A stretch of 27,899 bases of DNA from contig CAZMGA010000009.1 in the NCBI GenBank assembly GCA_964565725.1, positions 1 through 27,899 of the forward strand. Direction: 5' to 3'. The translations under genes and the position numbers were made by a program. Below are positions 7,929 through 15,857 of the stretch, one piece after another (the stretch's first letter is position 1; the number at the start of each line of letters is the position of its first letter). This DNA comes from an uncultured archaeon. Its GTDB lineage: Archaea > Iainarchaeota > Iainarchaeia > Iainarchaeales > 0-14-0-20-30-16. The notes beneath the pieces are model-generated. The model ran no database searches and was not told where the DNA came from. It was given only the letters and a program-made list of their open reading frames with translations.

Positions 7929-10400
7929 ATGATTAATAAAAATTATTCAAATGATTTTTTAAATATTGAAAAAAAATGGCAAAATAAATGGGAAAATGAA
8001 AAAATATTTAATGCTACTAATAAAGGTAATAAAAAATTTTATTTGTTAGAAATGTTTCCTTATCCTTCTGGTGCAGGATTACATATGGGCCACGCTTTAA
8101 ATTATACGATCTCAGATGTTTTAGCTAGGTTCAAAAGACAACAAGGTTATAATGTTTTATATCCTCAAGGTTATGATGCTTTTGGTTTGCCAGCAGAAAA
8201 TGCTGCAATAAAAGTAGGGGAACATCCATTTGAATATACTAAAAAGGCTATGCAAAATTTTTCAATGCAACAAAAATCTTTGGGATTAAGTTATGACAAA
8301 AATTCTTTTTTAATTACTTGCTCTCCAGAATATTACAAATGGAACCAATATTTTTTCACAAAATTTTTTGAAAACGGTTTAGTGTATAAAAAAAAATCAG
8401 CAGTTAATTGGTGTAAAGAGTGTAATACTGTTTTAGCAAATGAACAAGTGCATGAAGGTAAGTGTTGGAGACATCCTAATTGTAGTGTAGATATAAAACA
8501 ATTAGAACAATGGTATATTAATACATCTAAATATTCAGAAGAATTATTAAAAGAATTGCCAAATTTAGATTGGCCTGAAAGAATAAAGACATTACAAAGA
8601 AATTGGATTGGAAAATCAACAGGCACAGAAGTATTATTTGAAATAAATAATGAAGATTGGAAAGTATTTACTACTAGACCAGATACTATTTATGGTGTGA
8701 CATATTTAGTAATTTCTGCACAACATGAAAAACTAATGCAATTAGTTTCTAATGATCAAAAAGAAAAGGTATTAGAATTTTTAAAAGAAGTAAAATCTGT
8801 GTCAGAAAAAGAAATGGAAAGTATGGAAAAATTAGGAGTTTTCACAGGCTCTTATGCTATAAATCCTTTAACTAATGACAAAATTCCGGTTTATGTTGGA
8901 AATTTTGTAGTTGCTGATTATGCTTCAGGAATGGTAATGGCTGTTCCCGCACATGATCAAAGAGATTATGAATTTGCAAAAAAATATAACATAAATATTA
9001 AATCGGTAATAAAACCAGAAAACGAAGAATTAAATATTGATAATAAAGCATATACTCAAGAAGGGATATTAATTAATTCACAAGAATTTAATGGCATGAA
9101 AAATAAAGAAGCTATAAAAAAAATCACTGAAAAATTAGAAAAAATAAATAAAGGGAAATTTATTACTAATTATAAATTAAGAGATTGGTTAGTTTCAAGA
9201 CAAAGATATTGGGGTACTCCAATTCCTATAATTTATTGTGATAAATGTGGTGTTGTTTCAGTCCCTGAAAAAGATTTGCCAGTTGAATTGCCAAAAGATA
9301 TTAAATTTGGAAAAGGAAATCCATTAGAAACATCAGAATCTTTTTTAAATGTTAAATGTCCCAAATGTGGGGGCAAAGCAAAAAGAGAGACTGATACTAT
9401 GGATACTTTTTTTGATAGTTCGTGGTATTATTTAAGATATTTAGATTCTAAAAATAATTCAAAACCTTTTGAAAAAGAAATAATAAATTATTGGATGCCT
9501 GTTGATTTTTATATAGGTGGTGCAGAACACGCTTGTATGCACTTAATTTATGCGAGAGCATTTACAAAAATGTTAAGAGATGTAGGCTTATTAGAAATTA
9601 ATGAACCTTTTAAAAAATTATTTAATCAAGGAATGCTTCATGGTAGTGATGGAAATAAAATGTCTAAAAGTTTGGGTAATGTAGTAAATCCTATAGATAT
9701 GATAAACAAATTTGGAGCTGATTCATTAAGATTTAATTTAATGTCTTTAGCAAGTCCTGATAAAGATAGTATTTGGAATGAAAGAGGATTAGAAAGTTCT
9801 TTTAAATTTTTAAGTAGAATATATGATTTTTTTATTGAATTTAATTTTTCTCAAACATCAGAAAAATTAGCGCACAAACTAAATAAAACAATTAGAGAAT
9901 ATTATGAAGATTTAGAAAGTTTGAAATATAATTTAGGATTGATAAAATTAAGAGAATTATTTGATTTGGTTTTTGAAGAAAAAAATATTTCTAAAGAAGA
10001 TTTTAATTCTTTAATGAAAATGCTTTGTCTTTTTACACCTCATATTGCTAATGAATTATGGTCAAAATATAATTCTACAGATTTATCTTTTGAAACATAT
10101 CCTCAATGCGAAGAATGTAAAATAAATAAACAATTTGATGTTCAAGAAAAATTTGAAAATAAATTAACTGATGATTTAAACAGTATATTAAAAATAATGC
10201 AAAAAAATATAGTTTTGAAAAATGCCTATGTTTATGTTTTACCAAATGAAAAATATTTGTATGATGCTGTATTGAATAATGTTTCCAAAAGAACTAATTT
10301 AATTATAAAAATATTTGCTGTAAATGATACCGAAAAATACGATCCTGAAAATAAATCACAAAAAGCAAAACCCGGCAAACCAGCAATATATTTGGAGTAA
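7929..10400 (+). CDS. leuS: Leucyl-tRNA synthetase, bacterial-type architecture
   Basis: MFPYPSGAGLHMGHALNYTISDVLARFKR, HIGH-like HMGH, TTRPDTIYGVTY, MVMAVPAHDQRDYEFA, KLRDWLVSRQRYWGTPIPI, DTMDTFFDSSWYYLRY, KMSKS. Confidence 0.97.
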   Translation: MINKNYSNDFLNIEKKWQNKWENEKIFNATNKGNKKFYLLEMFPYPSGAGLHMGHALNYTISDVLARFKRQQGYNVLYPQGYDAFGLPAENAAIKVGEHPFEYTKKAMQNFSMQQKSLGLSYDKNSFLITCSPEYYKWNQYFFTKFFENGLVYKKKSAVNWCKECNTVLANEQVHEGKCWRHPNCSVDIKQLEQWYINTSKYSEELLKELPNLDWPERIKTLQRNWIGKSTGTEVLFEINNEDWKVFTTRPDTIYGVTYLVISAQHEKLMQLVSNDQKEKVLEFLKEVKSVSEKEMESMEKLGVFTGSYAINPLTNDKIPVYVGNFVVADYASGMVMAVPAHDQRDYEFAKKYNINIKSVIKPENEELNIDNKAYTQEGILINSQEFNGMKNKEAIKKITEKLEKINKGKFITNYKLRDWLVSRQRYWGTPIPIIYCDKCGVVSVPEKDLPVELPKDIKFGKGNPLETSESFLNVKCPKCGGKAKRETDTMDTFFDSSWYYLRYLDSKNNSKPFEKEIINYWMPVDFYIGGAEHACMHLIYARAFTKMLRDVGLLEINEPFKKLFNQGMLHGSDGNKMSKSLGNVVNPIDMINKFGADSLRFNLMSLASPDKDSIWNERGLESSFKFLSRIYDFFIEFNFSQTSEKLAHKLNKTIREYYEDLESLKYNLGLIKLRELFDLVFEEKNISKEDFNSLMKMLCLFTPHIANELWSKYNSTDLSFETYPQCEECKINKQFDVQEKFENKLTDDLNSILKIMQKNIVLKNAYVYVLPNEKYLYDAVLNNVSKRTNLIIKIFAVNDTEKYDPENKSQKAKPGKPAIYLE

Positions 10401-10808
10401 TTATATATTTATAATTACATTATTTTTTTTTATTTTATTTTTTTTTGATTTTTTAACTAAGTAATGACAAGTGCTTTTTTTAATACCTATTTCTTTTTCT
10501 ATTAATCTATAACTTTTTCCAGACCTATACATTTTTATAACATTTAATATTTGTTTTGGATTTATTTCCAATGGTTTTCCTGAATTTTTTTTAAATTTAA
10601 TTTCAATATTATTTTCTTTAATATAATCTAAAACCTTTTTAGATAATCTTTTGTAGGTGGATGGTGCAAAAGATATTTTTTTACAATTTATTTTTTTTAT
10701 TTCCTCATATTTTATAGGTCTAGTAAAATGATATGAATTAAATTTTCCTTTAGGTATTTTTTTAACGATATTTGCTTCTATTATATCCCCTTTTGCAAGT
10801 TGTATAAT
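10401..10808 (-). CDS. Short HTH-containing protein (~135 aa) with no canonical start codon; absent from the supplied ORF track
   Basis: Manual translation downstream of an in-frame TGA (10811-10809): IIQLAKGDIIEANIVKKIPKGKFNSYHFTRPIKYEEIKKINCKKISFAPSTYKRLSKKVLDYIKENNIEIKFKKNSGKPLEINPKQILNVIKMYRSGKSYRLIEKEIGIKKSTCHYLVKK... The stop (10401-10403) abuts the leuS stop. The poly-T tract near 10421-10446 makes the last residues uncertain. Confidence 0.6.
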   Translation of the reverse strand: MIQLAKGDIIEANIVKKIPKGKFNSYHFTRPIKYEEIKKINCKKISFAPSTYKRLSKKVLDYIKENNIEIKFKKNSGKPLEINPKQILNVIKMYRSGKSYRLIEKEIGIKKSTCHYLVKKSKKNKIKKNNVIINI

Positions 10809-12535
10809 TCATCTATTTCTTCTAAAGTAGTTGTATCTTGAGAATCTTTATCTTCTCTAATTCTAATAAATCTTGGAAATCTAAATGATAAATTTTTTGT
10901 GTTTTTATATACTTGACTTTTTGTGATTTCATCTACTATTATTTCTATAATTATTTTAGGTTCTAAATATTTATTTGGTGTTAAATCAGAATTATAATTT
11001 AAAGGTTTTTCATTTAATTCTAAATCTTTAAATTTTTCCTTTAAATCTTTCATAATTTCTTCTGTTAATCCAGAACCAACCTTTGCTATCGCATTATATG
11101 TGTTTAATTCAGAATCGTAAATTGCACACAATAAACTAGAAGGTAAATTTTTATTTTTACCATTACCAAAAAAGAATCCAATAACACAAACATCCAATGT
11201 ATCTGCAACACCATCTAAGTAATTTTTTTTAAGTTTTATCCAACTGAAATCTCTAGATCCCGGCACATAGGGTTTAGTTAAATCTTTTGCTATTACCCCT
11301 TCTAAATTTTTGTTTAAACAAGATTCAAAAAACATTTGTAAGTCATTTTTATTATCTGTATAAATATTTTCTGAAAGTACTATATTTTCATCATTTATTT
11401 CTTTAATTAAATTTTCTAAAATTTTTCTTCTTTCTTTTAATGGCAAACAAAAAATTTCTTTATTATCTAAATATAATATATCAAAAACAATTAATTTAAT
11501 TGGTATGTCTTTTGATATTTCTTTAATATTGTATTTTCTTTTTCTTTTAATTGTTTCTTGAAAACTTAAAAATTTTTTCTTTTTATTGTCATAACCTATA
11601 GCTTCTGAATCTAAAATAAAACTATGTTTATTTTTATTTAAAATCTCTAAAAATTCAGGGAAATAATTAGTGATATTTTCTGATCTTCTTGAAAACATTT
11701 CTACTTTTTTGTCTTTATGGATTTGAGTTCTAAACCCATCATATTTTCCTTCTACTATACAATATCCTAATCTATTAATTATTGCATCAGAACTTTTTTC
11801 TCTTTCACATAACGCGCTTTTTATAGGTATTCCTGGTTTAATTTTTATTTCATTTATTGCATCATACCCTTTAATCCAAATTAATTCCGCAATGTATCCT
11901 AAATCATTATTTATACTTTGTTTTAAATCTATATTTTCTTTAATTTTTTTATACTCATGCATATTTTCATCATAATTGTTATAATTTTTATCTTTCATAA
12001 TTTTTAATGCCAAAGATTCAATTATTGTGTGAATTCCTAAATTTAATCTTAATGTTTTTAGTATCAATTTTGTAATGTATTTTGTTTCTAATTCTGTAGA
12101 GTTATTGTATAATGAAGAAATTAAATCTATTTTCATACTTGAACTATTTTTTCCAGTAGTATTTGAAATTTTTTTTAAAGTGTTATAAACATCAGTTAAA
12201 TTTAATTTTTTAGAAAAAATAAATTTTTGTTTTCTTTCTTTTGCAAATAATTCAGCAGTAATTCCTAAGTCTCCATTTTTTAAGTGTGTTTTTTTTATTT
12301 GTATTTCTGGAATTCCAAAGCTTTTAGATATCGCAGAAATAATTAAACTATGACCTATATTCATTTCTTTATTATCATAAGCTAAATTAATTCTTGATAA
12401 CAACAAATAAGTAGCAATTTTTATTTCATCTTTATTTAAATTAGAATATAATTTATAAATATAATCTCTAATTAGTAATCTAGATTCAGTAGTTTCTAAT
12501 TTATTTAAATGTTTTGAAAAATCAATAAATTGCAT
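10781..12535 (-). CDS. lig: ATP-dependent DNA ligase
   Basis: Adenylation motif VEGKYDGFRTQIHK, FSRRSENITNYFPE, ILDSEAIGYD, LEGVIAKDLTKPYVPGSRDFSWIKLKKNY; 584 aa. Confidence 0.96.
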   Translation of the reverse strand: MQFIDFSKHLNKLETTESRLLIRDYIYKLYSNLNKDEIKIATYLLLSRINLAYDNKEMNIGHSLIISAISKSFGIPEIQIKKTHLKNGDLGITAELFAKERKQKFIFSKKLNLTDVYNTLKKISNTTGKNSSSMKIDLISSLYNNSTELETKYITKLILKTLRLNLGIHTIIESLALKIMKDKNYNNYDENMHEYKKIKENIDLKQSINNDLGYIAELIWIKGYDAINEIKIKPGIPIKSALCEREKSSDAIINRLGYCIVEGKYDGFRTQIHKDKKVEMFSRRSENITNYFPEFLEILNKNKHSFILDSEAIGYDNKKKKFLSFQETIKRKRKYNIKEISKDIPIKLIVFDILYLDNKEIFCLPLKERRKILENLIKEINDENIVLSENIYTDNKNDLQMFFESCLNKNLEGVIAKDLTKPYVPGSRDFSWIKLKKNYLDGVADTLDVCVIGFFFGNGKNKNLPSSLLCAIYDSELNTYNAIAKVGSGLTEEIMKDLKEKFKDLELNEKPLNYNSDLTPNKYLEPKIIIEIIVDEITKSQVYKNTKNLSFRFPRFIRIREDKDSQDTTTLEEIDELYNLQKGI

Positions 12536-12565
12536 AATAAAATAAAAAGAGAAGAAAGGTTTAAA

Positions 12566-13255
12566 TTATTGCCCTTTTACTTCTAAATCCTTATATTCTA
12601 CAAATGTTTTGAAAATATTATTTAAGATTTCTTTATACATTTCAAAATTTGTATTTGGCGCTAATTTTAATGAAACAATTATTTTTTCATTTTCAAAACT
12701 TTCTAATTTTGCATTAGTTTTTTCTAAAAAGTTTTTTAATATTGTTTCAATTTTTTCTTTATTATTTAATGTTTTTTTCTTTTTAACATAAACTTCTATA
12801 TCATGATCAGAATATGGTGAATTAAAATCAACCATAATTCTTCCACCAGAAACACTTCTTACTGTACCATATAAATCTTCAGTTTGAATTGTTAAACCTA
12901 CAAAAGGATTTATTTTATTTTCTTTAAAAGTAGATAATGGTACAATTCTTAACATTTCTTTATTTCTTAAACCATATGCATCAATAGGACCTAATTTTAA
13001 TGTTTTTTCTTCGCCATCTTTTAAATTAAATAAAGTTTCTTCTACTTTTGGAAACAAATTACCCATTTTTTCAAAAATTGGTTTTTCTCCTTTAAAAACA
13101 ATTACTTTTTCTTGTCCTTTTACTTTTTCTGGCAAATTAGTTTCGATTATTTTATTTAAAGTTAAATCTTTAATAATATAATCAACTAAATAAATATTTC
13201 TAATTTTTTCTTTTTGTTCATTAGATTTATTTTTTTCAACATTTTTTTCAGTCAT
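12566..13255 (-). CDS. FKBP-type peptidyl-prolyl cis-trans isomerase (SlyD-like)
   Basis: VEETLFNLKDGEEKTLKLGPIDAYGLRNKEMLRIVPLSTF, GRIMVDFNSPYSDHDIEVYVKK insert-in-flap arrangement. Confidence 0.85.
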   Translation of the reverse strand: MTEKNVEKNKSNEQKEKIRNIYLVDYIIKDLTLNKIIETNLPEKVKGQEKVIVFKGEKPIFEKMGNLFPKVEETLFNLKDGEEKTLKLGPIDAYGLRNKEMLRIVPLSTFKENKINPFVGLTIQTEDLYGTVRSVSGGRIMVDFNSPYSDHDIEVYVKKKKTLNNKEKIETILKNFLEKTNAKLESFENEKIIVSLKLAPNTNFEMYKEILNNIFKTFVEYKDLEVKGQ

Positions 13256-13284
13256 AAAATCACTCTTTAATATTTTAAATATAA

Positions 13285-13466
13285 TGGGGTTGCAGGGACT
13301 CGAACCCTGGTTAACAGGTATCTCCTAAAAGTAAACCTGTTTGCTATCTTCATTGCTTTATAAAAGCTCAGCGCTCCCGATTTAGGAATAATTTTGAATC
13401 AAAAGATTAAAATTAAACTTTGTAGTGTATCTGGAGCCTATCGTACTACCGCTATACTACAACCCC
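13285..13466 (-). tRNA. tRNA-Trp (anticodon CCA) with a 111-nt intron at 37/38
   Basis: 5' exon 13431-13466 (GGGGTTG-TA-GTAT-AGCGGTA-GTAC-G-ATAGG-CTCCAG), intron 13320-13430, 3' exon 13285-13319 (A-CCTGT-TAAC-CAGGG-TTCGAGT-CCCTG-CAACCCC-A). BHB core from CTCC pairing GGAG with bulges AG^A and AT^A; splicing restores the loop CTCCAGA. Confidence 0.9.
13320..13430 (-). ncRNA. Candidate box C/D-like guide RNA within the tRNA-Trp intron
   Basis: D'-like CTGA (13368-13371) and C'-like ATGAAGA (13347-13353), with antisense elements 13373-13381 (ATCGGGAGC) and 13335-13341 (AACAGGT) complementary to the host pre-tRNA. Terminal C and D boxes are degenerate. Confidence 0.6.
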
Positions 13467-13486
13467 ATTTTTATAATATTATATAA

Positions 13487-13500
13487 TAAATATAAAGATA
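13487..13500 (-). promoter_or_regulatory. Putative TATA box for tRNA-Trp
   Basis: Minus-strand TATCTTTATATTTA centred about 27 nt upstream of the tRNA 5' end; AT-rich background lowers specificity. Confidence 0.35.
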
Positions 13501-13544
13501 TATTTAAAAATAAGATTTTTTTATATATTTAGAATGGTGATTTA

Positions 13545-15857
13545 ATGATTATTGGGGGATATAGAGTAGGAGATCATTTATTAAAAAATATAAATGATAA
13601 AAAAAATTTAGTAATTAATTGTAAAAATTGTGTTTATTCAGCAAGTTTGGCAGAAGATAAGGCTTGTAGATTACATATAAATTCTATAGCTTCAAAAGAA
13701 AAACCAGATTTAATTGTATTAGCAGATGTTTATGAAAGAGTATATGATGAAGTGCAAACTGCAAAAATGACTGAAATATCTTCTTTAATTTCTGATTTTG
13801 AACAACAAGGTGTTTGGGGCCCCGAACATTTAACTGATGGGCAAACCGAAAACGAACAGTATTCTCCTTCAAGACATGCACTAATTATTAAAGTTGCTCA
13901 CGAATTATTAGCCTATGATCCAGTTTTAGCTTATTTAGAGTTAGTTGATGAAATTAAAAAAGAAAAATTAAGAATGGCTAAAATGTCTGAAATTTATCAA
14001 AAAGGGGCTGAACCATATTTAGAAACATTAATTTTTATTTATAAAAAATTAGAATCTACAAAAATGATTTTAGAAACAAAAAAATATTTAGAAAGTTTAT
14101 CTCAAATTCCTGATACTTCTCAATTATACAGAAGTATTTTTAATGCCGAAATAAAACCATCATTCATAGGTTCTAGATTATTATTTGGAGAAACAAAAGG
14201 TTTAGAGTTAGTAGATGAATATACAATAAAAAATAATTATGTTCAAATTTTTAAACATCCGGATCAAATTGAATATTGGTATTTAATAAACCCTCCAGAA
14301 TATACTTTAACTCCTGAAAAATATTTTATAATTAGTAAAACAAAAGAAATTGTTGCAGAATATAGGCCTGCAAATTCTTCTGCTGCAGTAGGTTCAAACA
14401 CAAAAGAATATTTTAAAAGAGTTTTTATGTCTACTGTAAAAGGTGTTGCCAAAGCTTATAAAATACCTTTGAATTTAGAAGATCAAGAAGCTTTAACAGA
14501 AATTGTTACAAGATATACTGTTGGATATGGTATATTAGAATTATTATTAGAAGATAGACAAATTACAGATATATATGTAGATTCACCTATAGGTAATAAA
14601 CCAATAAAACTTATTCATGGTAAATATGGAGAATGTAAAACAAATATATTATATTCTGTAGATGAAGCTAAATCAGTAGTATCAAAATTTAGATCTGAAT
14701 CTGGAAGGCCTTTTGATGAAGCACATCCTGTTTTAGATTATGATTTGCCAGATTTTGATACAAGAGTTGCAGTTATTGGACCTCCATTAAGTCCTGATGG
14801 GTTGGCTTTTGCATTTAGACTTCATAAAAATACACCTTGGACCTTACCACAATTAATCGATGCTAAAGGTATAAATTCTTTGAGTGCAGGAATGTTATCT
14901 TTTTTTGTAGATATGCAGTCTACAATTATGGTTGCAGGATCAAGAGGTTCTGGAAAAACATCTTTAATGACTGCCTTAATGTTAGAAATACCTCAAAGTG
15001 CAAGAATAATTGCTCAAGAAGATACTTTAGAATTGCCCTCATTATATATGAAAAATATTGGATTTAATATTCAGAGATTAAAAACTCAAAGTGCAATAAG
15101 TGTTGCAAAAACAGGTATTGAAGTGCCACCTGATGAAGCATTAAGAACTGGATTAAGATTAGGTGATTCGAGTATAATTATTGGAGAAGTAAGAAGTGTT
15201 GAAGCAAAAGTTTTATATGAAGCTATGCGTGTAGGTGCTGCAGGTAATGTAGTAATGGGTACAATTCATGGGGACTCAGCGTATTCTGTTTGGGATAGAG
15301 TTGTAAATGATTTGGAAGTTCCAAATACATCTTTTAAAGCTACAGATATAGTAACAGTTTCAAGACCAATTAGATTTGAAGGTTCTTTAAAGAGACATAG
15401 AAGGTTAACACAAATTACAGAAATAAAAAAGCATTGGATAGATGATCCTGAAAAAGAAGGAGGATTATTAGATTTAATGTTATATCAAGCAAAAAATGAT
15501 ACTTTGGAGTTATTAGAAGATAATTTGAAAGACTCTGAATTATTTAATAAAATACAAAGAGTTAGTGGTATGAATATGGATCAAATTTGGAAAAACATTT
15601 CTATGTTAGCCGAATCAAAACAATATTTAGTAGATGTAAAAAGAAAAATAGGAATACCAGATATTTTAGAAGCTGAAAATACATTAATTTCATCAAATAA
15701 ATTAAGATTGTTGAAAGAGCAAAGTATTGAAGAAAATGGAAAAGCCAATTATAGTAATGTATTAAAAGATTGGAAACTATGGTTAGATAATGAGTTTGTA
15801 CCATATATTAAGAAAAAATATACTGTAAATGAAGCAGTTTCAAAAACAATTAAGTGA
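13545..15857 (+). CDS. Type II/IV secretion system / archaeal pilus-like ATPase (TadA/VirB11/FlaI-like)
   Basis: Walker A in VAGSRGSGKTSLMTALM, Asp/Glu-box-like IIAQEDTLELP, Walker B region LRLGDSSIIIGEVRSVEAKVLYEAMRVGAAGNVVMGTIHGDSAYSVWDRV; N-terminal CKNCVYSASLAEDKACRLH. Confidence 0.93.
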   Translation: MIIGGYRVGDHLLKNINDKKNLVINCKNCVYSASLAEDKACRLHINSIASKEKPDLIVLADVYERVYDEVQTAKMTEISSLISDFEQQGVWGPEHLTDGQTENEQYSPSRHALIIKVAHELLAYDPVLAYLELVDEIKKEKLRMAKMSEIYQKGAEPYLETLIFIYKKLESTKMILETKKYLESLSQIPDTSQLYRSIFNAEIKPSFIGSRLLFGETKGLELVDEYTIKNNYVQIFKHPDQIEYWYLINPPEYTLTPEKYFIISKTKEIVAEYRPANSSAAVGSNTKEYFKRVFMSTVKGVAKAYKIPLNLEDQEALTEIVTRYTVGYGILELLLEDRQITDIYVDSPIGNKPIKLIHGKYGECKTNILYSVDEAKSVVSKFRSESGRPFDEAHPVLDYDLPDFDTRVAVIGPPLSPDGLAFAFRLHKNTPWTLPQLIDAKGINSLSAGMLSFFVDMQSTIMVAGSRGSGKTSLMTALMLEIPQSARIIAQEDTLELPSLYMKNIGFNIQRLKTQSAISVAKTGIEVPPDEALRTGLRLGDSSIIIGEVRSVEAKVLYEAMRVGAAGNVVMGTIHGDSAYSVWDRVVNDLEVPNTSFKATDIVTVSRPIRFEGSLKRHRRLTQITEIKKHWIDDPEKEGGLLDLMLYQAKNDTLELLEDNLKDSELFNKIQRVSGMNMDQIWKNISMLAESKQYLVDVKRKIGIPDILEAENTLISSNKLRLLKEQSIEENGKANYSNVLKDWKLWLDNEFVPYIKKKYTVNEAVSKTIK

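Noticed and set aside
8333-8626. 97-aa antisense ORF inside leuS
   Set aside because: Fully embedded in conserved LeuRS coding sequence; the Cys-rich look mirrors the LeuRS zinc region.
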